DNA of 63,095 nt, counting the filler, from Chrysochromulina tobinii (taxonomy: Eukaryota), in the NCBI GenBank assembly GCA_001275005.1. It is 7 parts of 7 records of this genome, joined end to end, with 100 filler letters (N's around TTAATTAATTAA, not from the genome) between each part and the next. Parts side by side here need not be neighbours in the genome. Positions count along the whole stretch, not along the records: positions 44,374 to 50,924 come from JWZX01000836.1; positions 51,025 to 60,985 come from JWZX01000837.1; 5 more parts are not named here. The stretch is one strand, 5' to 3'. The notes under the pieces were generated by a model. That model searched no databases, was not told the DNA's origin, and worked only from the letters and a program-made list of their open reading frames with translations. Position numbers and translations under genes: made by a program. The first letter of the stretch is position 1, and each line of letters opens with the position of its first letter. Below are positions 45,917 through 55,876 of the stretch, piece by piece.

Positions 45917-47179
45917 TCAGCACAGCTCCGACAGGTAATCGAGCGTCCGGCTCACCTGCCCGTCGTTTTGCTTGTTGAGCACGTCGCGTGCGTTTTCACG
46001 GAAAACGTACCCGAACGTCGCGTGGCTGCCGTATTCGTTGATCCATTCGTCGATCTGATTGGAGCCGTGGTTGTCGCCCGAGAAGGTGGGCACCACCTTG
46101 ATGCCCGCCTCCTTGGCCGCCTTGATCTCGGCCTCGCACCACCTCGAGTTAAAGAAGCCACGACTGAGCGCGGCTACGACGAGCCCTGATCTCTTTACGG
46201 CGTCAGCCATCGCCGCCGCGTTAATTTTCTCAGCATGGGTCAGGTGCGTGGTGGGGTTGAAGACGGTTTTGCCCTTGCCCTTTAGGAAGGCGGACACGAC
46301 CTTGAAGACTTCATTCGAGTCATCCTTCGTGCAGTGAGAGATGAAGACGTTGAAGGTCCGATGCACTGGTTTCGGGGGCACTGGTGGTTCCGGGAGTATT
46401 TTGTTGCGGTCCGGGTCACGGCGTATGAAGATCAAGGCGAGGGCAAGGACGATGACCACGCCGACGATGACGCCGATGATGATGCCCGTTGAGTCGCTGG
46501 TCTCGACCGCCGATGCACCGGTCGACATGGGTTGAGATGACATGGGTGGAGGTGACATGAGTGGAGGTGACATGGGTGGAGGTGGCGATGGTGAAGGCGG
46601 TGGTGGTGCCGGCGGATACGGCGGCGGCGGCGGATACGGCAGATACAGCGGCGGCGACCGTGGCGGCGGCGACGGCGGCGGCAGCACACGAAAGCCGCAG
46701 TCGGTGCAGTCGCTGCCGCGACTGCAGAACAGATACTCCGCTCCGGGTCCGCCATCGTCGCACAGACCATCCGAGGCGAAGTTGCACGTCTCAGTGCAAG
46801 TCTGCAACCCACGGCGGTGGCTGGGCACAAGCTGCATGGAGTCCGACCCGGGAGCTTCGTTGTCGTTAGCCTCGGTGCAGGGCATTACGTTGCACAGGAG
46901 CGGCGGAGGCGCCATCAGTGGCGACAGTGGAGGCGGCAAAGATGGCGCCGACACTGCCCAATGCGCACCAGTCCCATTGTCATCGTGGGGTGCCGTTATC
47001 GCCATGGCACTCGACCGCGGGACGAGGAGCGCGAGCAAGGCCAATGCGAAGCACTTGTTACGGTAGGGCCGATGCTGCTTCGACAGAATCGCGAATGCAA
47101 AGACCATGCGCGCGCCCTTGCGCAGCGCATCGGCCGTAGACAGGAAGAACGGGGGCGCCGAATAGTCCATCTTGTCCAT
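45917..47179 (-). CDS. Single-pass membrane protein: CDDGGPG ectodomain, Pro stalk, TM helix, cytoplasmic TIR domain (start codon uncertain)
   Basis: GIIIGVIVGVVIVLALALIFI-RR TM; FNVFISH...AVKRSGLVVAALSRGFFNSRWCEAEIKAAKEAGIKVVP TIR_2-like motifs. Confidence 0.85.
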   Translation of the reverse strand: MDKMDYSAPPFFLSTADALRKGARMVFAFAILSKQHRPYRNKCFALALLALLVPRSSAMAITAPHDDNGTGAHWAVSAPSLPPPLSPLMAPPPLLCNVMPCTEANDNEAPGSDSMQLVPSHRRGLQTCTETCNFASDGLCDDGGPGAEYLFCSRGSDCTDCGFRVLPPPSPPPRSPPLYLPYPPPPPYPPAPPPPSPSPPPPMSPPLMSPPPMSSQPMSTGASAVETSDSTGIIIGVIVGVVIVLALALIFIRRDPDRNKILPEPPVPPKPVHRTFNVFISHCTKDDSNEVFKVVSAFLKGKGKTVFNPTTHLTHAEKINAAAMADAVKRSGLVVAALSRGFFNSRWCEAEIKAAKEAGIKVVPTFSGDNHGSNQIDEWINEYGSHATFGYVFRENARDVLNKQNDGQVSRTLDYLSELC

Positions 47180-47551
47180 ATTATGTACGCACTGGGTGGT
47201 GACAGGCCGTAGCGACGGCTCGCATTGGGGTGATGGCTTCCACACAACGCGAGCGCCCGAGAAGCGAGAACACAAACAAAGCGAGCGAGCGCGCGCCGTA
47301 AAGAGCCCTAGCTAGCATAACTGCGACGTTCCACCCGCAAACCGGTCGACTGCATGCACCCAACATGGCACCTGACGTGCGTGTTGCCACAGAACTCAGT
47401 ATACCGACCGAGCGTGGGTTTCAGAACTTACAAGAACCCCTCTACTAACTCTACACTCGGCTCGACCCCGACTCGAAGTCAAGCCCTAGTTCGCAGGCGG
47501 CGGTGCAAGGCCATGCGCGGTCTCGCCGTCTCAAGCGCGTCTTCTTGGTCT

Positions 47552-48713
47552 TCACTCCTCGTAGCTTTCCAGCGTCCAGGGGACACATACAGCTACAGGT
47601 CGGCCAACCACAGGTTCCGGGAGGACGGAGGTCGGAACTGGCCCCACTCGGGACCTGTTTCCGGGGCTCAGCACAGGAGCAGCACGAGAGTTGCCGGCCT
47701 CTTGGAGCTCGAGCGACCTGTCTGGTCTCGCAATTGTGACATCTGCTAGGACTCGGGACTTGTTTCCGGGGCGCACCCAGCAAAAGTAGATGGCCATGGC
47801 GAGGAGACAGACACCGGCCACAACAGCGACGATGATCATGATGGTTGTCTGCATGCTGATGGCCGTCTGAATGCTGCTGAGATCGGAGAGAAAGCCATCG
47901 AGGGCGGAACCCGATGACGGTGGTGCGACCTGAGAAGGCGGCGGTGGTGCGACGACCATTGCCGCGGCAACGTTCTCAGCGACTGTGATGGCGGGCGCCT
48001 GCGTCACCGTCACGGCGAGGGCCGCCGAGAGCGCCGCAGCAGGCTGCGACGTGAGGGCAGTCGCGGCTGCCAGCACCGCGGCCGCTAGGTTGGCGGTTGG
48101 AGCGCTCGACGCGGTGCCCAAGGCAGAGTTGGGTACTGTGATCAGCGCGTGTACACTCACCGACGCGGATGAGATCAGGAGGCGGAGCAGGCACGGATCG
48201 TAGCACGCGAGGGATGAGCGAAAATTGGCCTCCAGATTGGCGCGCGCACTCGAGCCCTGCGAAAAGTCGTTCACGTCGCCTGCGACCTGAAGTTCGAGTG
48301 TGATCACGGTGACCTGCACCTGAAGCGGCGGCGGCGGCGGCGACGGCGGCGGCGGCGGCGGCGAGGGCGGTGGTGAGGGCGAGGGCGGCTGCGGCGAGGG
48401 CGGTGGCGGCGGCGATGGCGGCGGTGGCGATAGGCCGACATAGAACGTGTGCGTCTGCGAGTACCCAGCGGTGAAGGTCGCGCCGTAGTTGACGCCGTTG
48501 ATCGTCACGTACGCTCCATGCCAGCCGTCCCCCGCAGAGTCTACGAGGACGAGTGTGTGCGAGCCAGGCGTGAGGCACCGTGCGTACGTGTACGTCTGGT
48601 AGTCGCCCAGCGTCCCCGAGGTGATTGCGACGCCATCAATCTTGACGCTGATCTCGTTCGCCCAGGTTTGTGTGGTGAGCGTCAAAGGATATGAGCTCCC
48701 GCCGGGGCAGCTT

Positions 48714-48745
<32 letters not shown>

Positions 48746-49549
48746 TGAGGGCGAGGGCGGCGGCGGCGAGGGCGATGGCGGCGGTGGTGAGGGCGGTGGC
48801 GGCGGCGTTGGCGGCGTTGGTGAGGGTGGTGGCGGCGATGGCGGCGAGAGTGTCGGCGGCGGGGGTGGCGGCGGCGGATAGTGGGTATGTGGCGTGTGGG
48901 GATGGTGCGGATGATGCGGATGGTGCGGATGATGCGGATGGTGGCCGTGAGTGTGCGGATGGTGCGGATGGTGCGGATGGTGGTTGTGAGTGTGCGGATG
49001 GTGCGGATGATGCGGATGGTGGCTGTGCGGTGGCGGCTGTGTTGTCGACCGAGTTCCACAATCGTAGCAGTCAGTGCCCAAGGTACAGGCGCTGTACTCA
49101 TTTCCGGGGCCACCGTCATCGCAATCGCCATCCGAGGCCCAGTTGCACGTATTTGTGCAGTAGGTGTAGGGCGCGTGGCTGTGCGGAGCGTGGCTGTGCG
49201 GAGCGTGGCTGTGCGGAATGTGGCCGTGCGGATTGTGGCTGTGCGGTGGCGGCTGTGTTGTCGACCGAGTGCCACAATCGTAGCAGTCGGTGCCCAAGGT
49301 ACAGGAGCTGTACCAGGCTCCGGGGCCGCCGTCGTCGCATTCGCCATCCCAGGCCCAGTTGCACGTGTTTGAGCAGTAGGTGGTGCCGAAGAGCTCGCGG
49401 CGGTCGCGTGCGCTCATGCCCTGCGCGGCGGCGGGGGCGGGGGCGGCGGCGGTGGAGGCCTGCTCAGGTATTCCCACCGTGCCGCTCAGCTGGAGGAGGA
49501 GCAGAACGAACGTGAGCATCGAGCGGCCCGATGCGAGTGCGGTCGTCAT
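47552..49549 (-). CDS. Single-pass surface protein: two CDDGGPG modules, His-Pro tracts, poly-Pro, DSAGDGW beta-domain, TM, short tail
   Basis: Same signal peptide as the 45544 gene; IMIIVAVVAGVCLLAMAIYFCW TM. Confidence 0.8.
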
Positions 49550-50643
49550 TCGTATCTGGGCGAGGTGTTAGGTCGGAAGCGTGGCTCGAGCGTGCTGGAC
49601 GAGTGATGTCGCGAGCGATGGTTCGCGAGCTGCAAGCGAAGCGAGCGCGCGCGCGCGCGCGTGGCGCCTCGCTCGCCTTTTTTTGCGAAAAGCAAGCGTG
49701 CAGCCGCTCATTTTCGCTCAGCTGAAGATTCATAACTGACCCCTACATGCCTCGAACACAGGGCTGGTGAGTGGTGTGCCGGCGTGCAGCGTGGTCGTCG
49801 CGCCCCCGGAGCCAAAGGTTTCCACAGGACCACGGACCAAGTGAGGCGTGGGAGGAGTCGCGACCTTCTTCATTCACAGCAGACGGGGAGGGACGAGTCA
49901 ACCATGCCGGCTCGCCATCCGAATGGTTTCGCGAAGAAAAAAAAAACGTTATCGCGACCATCCTGCGTCCTGTGAATTCAAGTCCGTATTCTCTCAACCG
50001 GTCATACACTGTGGACTGTGTCCCCCGGCTTCCCCCGGAGCCCGGAGCCCGGTGGCGGTGCTCTTTCGTACCGGTCATACGAAATGGAGAGATATCCAAA
50101 TCGGGGACCCGTCAAACTTGTCAAAATGGTCGCTGCCGTCAAACTTTCTGCACGGCAGTTTCAATGGTCCAACGCAAGAATATCAACGCACAGTCCACAA
50201 CAGTCACGCCGAACACCCTCTTTACAGCCGCTTGCGGTTCTCCAGAGGGACCCGAAAGGCAGCGCGATGATGAGTGTCGTCGGCGCGTGGGCAACTGTAT
50301 GGAGCCTGATCTTACAAGAGCACCAGCCACCAGCCTCGCCTCTCCCAACCTGTCGCCCTTGTCTCCTCTCCGCTGCTCTCCGTGCACCGTCGTGCGGCCC
50401 AGCCTCTGCGTGCCGCCGTCGCGGGCATTTGGTGCCGCCGAGCGCCGTGAGGCCGCCGCTGCCACGAGCGCACTCACATCCCCCGCTCGCTCGCTCGCGT
50501 CCTCTGCGCTCCGCACCCTGCATTCATAGACGCGCTTGAGCTCACAGACTGCATCCATACAGGCGGCTCCTCCATTCATAGACGCCGCCCGCCATCCTCC
50601 ATCCATAGACATCCTCCATCCATCGCGCCCAACGCGCGGCTGC

Positions 50644-50924
<281 letters not shown>

Positions 50925-51060
50925 NNNNNNNNNNNNNNNNNNNNNNNNNNNNNNNNNNNNNNNNNNNNTTAATTAATTAANNNNNNNNNNNNNNNNNNNN
51001 NNNNNNNNNNNNNNNNNNNNNNNNGAGCGTTTTCCGTCGCCACCCCCCTTTGTTCCGCCG

Positions 51061-52569
51061 ATGAGAGAGCCTCTCAAGTTCTACGAGCCCCCGGCGCGTG
51101 GCGTGCTATACACACCGCCACCGCCGCCCGAGATACAGATCCGGCCGTCAAAGCTCTGCTACGCTCTAGGCGACAATGGCGACGAAGACGTGGTGTCGCA
51201 CGCGCTGCTGCGGGCGCGGCTGCAGGCGTATGACAAGGCCAGGCAGCAGAACGAGATGCGCCAGGTACGCATCAACCTAGCCCCTCCTGCGTCACGGCTG
51301 TGGACCGCAGACGCCACGGCGACGAGACGGCCACGCGTCTCGTCGGCTGACGAGGCGCCGGCGGTGGCGATGGTACCGGCAGCGATCGTGGAGGCGCCCG
51401 CGGCAGCGCGTGCCTCGGGTGGCATGACCTACGGAGCCCATGAGACACTTGGTGTGAAGTCAAAGTGTGAATGGCATGAGACGCTTGGGCTCAGCGCGAC
51501 TCTCTGTCAGGGCGGCCTTCGGGAGGATGCACCCTCTCGCTCTCTCGAGGCACCCACACTGGCTCAGGCCATCTCCGCCGGCTTTGCGCCCACGCTCGCG
51601 CCCTCCACCCTCCTCCTCCCCGAGGGCGGCCTTCGAGTGCCTGTGGAATTTGATCTGCGCCGCCGGCAGCACGTCTTGAGCGGCTCGAGCATGGTTGCCT
51701 CCGAGGGCGCTAGTGCAGCCCTGTGGAACACCTCGACGTGTACGTTGAGCACCCCATTCTTGTCGGTGGACATGAGGACGTTGAGTGCGTTGCGCCCAGC
51801 GACGTCGGCAGGGACGCTCAGCACGACGCTCAGCACGATGCCCAGCACGATGCCCACCACCCGCGCGCCCCAGCCGACCGACTTGCAGATGAGCCCAGCA
51901 CGGCGCCCATTCTCACTGGATCCAAATTGGGCTGACCAGCGCGCGCCCGCGACGGCGCCCGGTTCGACGCTCGGGAGGCCGCCGGGCCGGTTGGCCGCCG
52001 TGAATTCGGCGCATGAGTTCTTCTCCGGCTGCCTACCGCCCACCACGGTGGCAGCACACGGGAGCGGGCCGATCAAGCCGACGAGTGCGGTTCATTTACA
52101 GCATGGCCAAGCCGCCCTGAAGGTGCACGCTATGACGGTCTCGCTTATGATGGCGCCACGTCGCCCTGGGATGGTCCCTCGGCTGCGAACCTCGGCGGTC
52201 TCCATGCCTGCTATGCCCACCAGACGCGAGCTGATGCCCGCCAAGATGGGCTCGCTGTCGATGCTTATGCAGCACCCTCCGCACGTCGAGCATCCCTTGG
52301 TTGCACACGAGCCGCTCGCGTTGCTGGCGCGTGAGCTCGATGCGAAGCTGGCAAAAGCGCCATCGCCGACGCCCTTGAAGCCGCTCGAAGGGCGCACTCT
52401 ACCTGTCTTTGGACCGAGCCCGGCTCTCGGGCGTCCCGTCTATCTCCAAGCGTTGAGCAAACTCGTAGGGACCGAGGTGCTTGTCAAGCGAGGCGGAGGA
52501 TGGAGTGGGAGGGACGTCCGCCCTCCTCCGACCATCCGTCAAGCGACGTTGAGCATAACGCCGTCGTGA
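51061..52569 (+). CDS. Hypothetical Pro/Ser/Thr-rich protein
   Basis: 502-aa ATG ORF; no family recognised. Confidence 0.5.
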   Translation: MREPLKFYEPPARGVLYTPPPPPEIQIRPSKLCYALGDNGDEDVVSHALLRARLQAYDKARQQNEMRQVRINLAPPASRLWTADATATRRPRVSSADEAPAVAMVPAAIVEAPAAARASGGMTYGAHETLGVKSKCEWHETLGLSATLCQGGLREDAPSRSLEAPTLAQAISAGFAPTLAPSTLLLPEGGLRVPVEFDLRRRQHVLSGSSMVASEGASAALWNTSTCTLSTPFLSVDMRTLSALRPATSAGTLSTTLSTMPSTMPTTRAPQPTDLQMSPARRPFSLDPNWADQRAPATAPGSTLGRPPGRLAAVNSAHEFFSGCLPPTTVAAHGSGPIKPTSAVHLQHGQAALKVHAMTVSLMMAPRRPGMVPRLRTSAVSMPAMPTRRELMPAKMGSLSMLMQHPPHVEHPLVAHEPLALLARELDAKLAKAPSPTPLKPLEGRTLPVFGPSPALGRPVYLQALSKLVGTEVLVKRGGGWSGRDVRPPPTIRQATLSITPS

Positions 52570-52726
52570 ACACTTTGGAAAGTGCATTGCCAAACGGTGT
52601 GACCATTGACTATTATCAAGACATTAACTTTTAACTGAAAAAGAGATCATTCACCCCAAACTCGAGAAACTAATCGTGTTTTCTCGGTGCATTTTCTCGG
52701 AACTGTCGCCATTCCTCGCTCTCCCC

Positions 52727-53912
52727 ATGCGCCTAATGAAATGCCTGTGCGCTCTGCTTCCCATCTGCGAGGGCTGGGGCGTGATCTCGCAACCACGCGC
52801 TGTACGTGACCCGCGCAGCACCCTCATCACGTGCGTTGAGCAACAGGACGCTTTGGCCGACGCCGTCGCGGCCAAAGACGAAGAAATCAGGAAGCTCCGC
52901 CATGATCTGCAGGTGCTCAGTGAGGAACTTGCCAAGGGCGACATGATGCAGCCGTATGGAAACTGGCTTTCCGGTCGCGTGAAAAATGTCACGGGCGACG
53001 TCTCGACCCCGTTCGATTCGTGGCTGAGCGACGAGATGGCCAAGCTGCAGCAAACGTACCCGAGGAGGCCGCGGCGCGACAAGCGAAGGCGTGAGCTCGC
53101 ACGTAAGTCGGGTGCACGCTCGCACATCGACCGCATCGCGCAGAATGCCGTCTACAATGCCATCAAGGCCGAATCGATGCTGATCGACGTAGAGCTCACG
53201 CATTCCGCCCTCGAGGAGCAAAAGGCACTGGCCATCGTGGAGGAGCAGAAGGCAGAGTCGGACTTCGGCATCGACGCGATCATCGACCTTGTCACGACAC
53301 GCTCCGCGCGCGAGGAGCAGCGAGCAGAGACCGCTCTCGCTGAGCAGAAGAAGGATCTGCGGACTCTGTTGAACGAGCAAGGCCCGAAGCTGTTCGACCT
53401 TTTCCGTGAGTGGGACAGTGATGGCAACGGCGGCGTCGACAAGTACGAGTTCCGCAAGGCGGTCACAGCCTTGGGATACACCCCTCCCAAGTCTCAGATC
53501 GACGCGCTCTTTGATAGCATGGATGTCGATGGCAGCGGCGTGATCGAGTACGATGAGCTCAAGAATGCGCTCAGCGACAAGTCGGAGTTTGGCATCGACG
53601 CGGTCATCGCTCAGGCCAAGAGCGTGACCAAACCTAAGCCACACATGAGGCTCTTCGGCCGGCTTCCGCAGGGCTTCGACCCCGTTCCCGTCGAGGCTCT
53701 CATTGCAAAGCGTGCTCGGGCTCGCCTGCGCATGCATTACTCGGAGGCCGACCGGCTGCAGCGTCGGATCCAACGGCTGGGCGTCAAGCTCGACGACCGT
53801 CGGCGCACCTGGAGCGTCATCAAGGGATGGAAGAAGATGCAGGAGGAGCTCGAGCTCGAAGAGGAGCAGAGCCGGAGGCTGAAGCAGCAGCAGCAGCAGC
53901 AGCAGCAGCAAT

Positions 53913-53914
<2 letters not shown>
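52727..53914 (+). CDS. EF-hand pair protein with N-terminal signal-like peptide and CysRS-anticodon-domain-like C-terminal helix bundle, ending in polyQ
   Basis: DSDGNGGVDKYE and DVDGSGVIEYDE loops; LIAKRARAR..HYSEADRLQRRIQRLGVKLDDRRRTW. Confidence 0.8.

Positions 53915-53959
<45 letters not shown>
53885..53959 (+). repeat. (CAG)8-CAA-TAG-(CAG)15 trinucleotide tract
   Basis: Read directly. Confidence 0.93.
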
Positions 53960-53961
<2 letters not shown>

Positions 53962-54687
53962 CGCGGACGCCGAGCCGTCACTCATGTATTCGCTTCTTCT
54001 CGATGACGAAGGGGCCTTAGAAGCCAGGCGAGGCGAGTGAGCTAGTTCGCGAGGCAGACGTCTGCCCACGCTCTGCGTGACACCGTCCGGAGATTCATTC
54101 GTCGCGCCTGGCACTGTACCAAAGTAGTTTCGCCATCTGCCGCGCCCCGGCATCCGCGCGTGTCGCACCTGTCGCTCGCACGCTGTATCATTGTTTCAGC
54201 CGTCGCCCGATCGTGCGGCGATGCGGAAGACCGGAAGTCGCCTCGAAGTCGGGCGAGCTGCCGCTCTTTGACAAGTCGCTTCGACCCGGGACGCAAGTTA
54301 AAGACTTACCGTACCTGGCGACTGGTCTGCGGCACAGTACGGACGCAACGCCAACGGGCCCTGGACCGTCGCGTTTGGCGGAAATTGCAAATTCCGACGT
54401 TTCCGCGTTCGTGGCGTTCGATAACGCGATATCGCCGCGACCGTCTTCGTTTCGTTATAATTAACATGCTCACATGATACCGCACAGACACGCCGATTAA
54501 TTGCGTCATCCCGGTGCCAGATCGCCCGGAGCCCCCCCCCCCCCGTTCGGCCCGGGCCGGCTACTATAGAACGTCGAAGTGCATGGCCCAGCCTACTTGT
54601 CTCTCACAGTCTGGTCCATCTGCCCTCCCGAGACGCATCGCTCGGAGCGAGCCATGCGCGCTTTGCGCTCCTACGAGCGAACTGGGT

Positions 54688-55656
54688 TCATGCAGCGACC
54701 GAGTGCGGCACGTAGAGCATGCGCGACAGCGGCAGCTCGTCGCCACGCACGCGCAGGAAGGACGGTCCCCATTCGAGCTCCTCCCAGTCGAGGCTTTCGT
54801 AGAGCGGCGTGGCCGCCTTGGCCGGCAGCGGCACGCCAGCCGCCTGGACCGCCGCCTTGTCCATCGATTGCGGGCTGAGCACTTGCGAGAGGACATACTT
54901 GTCCATTCTCCCATCATCGCCGGCCGCCGTCTGCAGGGCAAGCTCGAAACGGCGCGCCGGGCTCTCCAGGAACAAGGCCTCACGTCGCATGCGCACGCTC
55001 GTCCAGCGAGAGGGGTCGGTGCCCTGGTCGGCGATGAGGGCGAGCGAATACTTGTACCAGGGCTCGTTCGAGAGGGAGAAAGCGACGATGCACGCGGCGG
55101 GGGGCACCGAGAAGGTCTGCCCCGGCCCAGGCGCGATCTGCACGAGCGAGCCCGGGAACTGGCGCGTCTGCGTGCTGGGCCTGAGCAGCGAGAGCACGGG
55201 CGGCGGCACGGCGCCCGAGGTGTGCTGAAGACAGCTCTCCACCTTGTAGCTGACGCCCTCGTGCTTCTCCTCCCACTGGCGCGACTTCAGCCCGTTGCGA
55301 TCTGAGCCAGCATACGTCGCCTGCGCCGGGCAGACGCGCAGCGAGACAAGCAAGGGCATCTTTGGGGCGGTCGCCTTGAGTTTGACATGGCCCGTGTGCA
55401 CGAGAACGGCGACGAGGTCTGAGTCGCTTGAGTACACGTCCGTGCCCCAGAGCTGCCGCAGCCGAACCTGCCTGCTGTCTGAAACGAGGTACTTGGGTGG
55501 CACCAACACCTCTACGAGCTCGTTGAGGGACGTTTTGAACGCGGAGGGGACAACACATGGCTCGTACACGATGTGGTCGCTCTCGTCGGAGCGCACCTTC
55601 TTCTCGGGAGGACCGTCGGCCGGCTCCGGGATGGGGCGCTTGACAGCCGTCGCCAT
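54688..55656 (-). CDS. Rxt3-domain histone deacetylase complex subunit (HDC1/Rxt3-like)
   Basis: RQVRLRQLWGTDVYSSDSDLVAVLVHTG...YAGSDRNGLKSRQW...FSLSNEPWYKY. Confidence 0.85.
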   Translation of the reverse strand: MATAVKRPIPEPADGPPEKKVRSDESDHIVYEPCVVPSAFKTSLNELVEVLVPPKYLVSDSRQVRLRQLWGTDVYSSDSDLVAVLVHTGHVKLKATAPKMPLLVSLRVCPAQATYAGSDRNGLKSRQWEEKHEGVSYKVESCLQHTSGAVPPPVLSLLRPSTQTRQFPGSLVQIAPGPGQTFSVPPAACIVAFSLSNEPWYKYSLALIADQGTDPSRWTSVRMRREALFLESPARRFELALQTAAGDDGRMDKYVLSQVLSPQSMDKAAVQAAGVPLPAKAATPLYESLDWEELEWGPSFLRVRGDELPLSRMLYVPHSVAA

Positions 55657-55876
55657 AGGGAGGTGCGCGTCCGCGCACGGCGCTGCGCGCTCGCCGCTCC
55701 TAGACGCAAAGTTGTTTACCAATCGAGAACCAAAATCTTCCGACCGAAGCACAACGAAACTTGCATGTGAACCCCAAGTACTAACCTAAGAGGTCTCGTG
55801 GCTTTTTGCGAACTTTGCAGGAGCGCGACGCCGAGCCTGCGGCGGCGGCTGGGGCTCGAAGCGGCAGCGCGCAGTG

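Noticed and set aside
53737..54168. Poly-Cys or poly-Leu ORFs on the minus strand
   Set aside because: Alternative readings of the CAG microsatellite.
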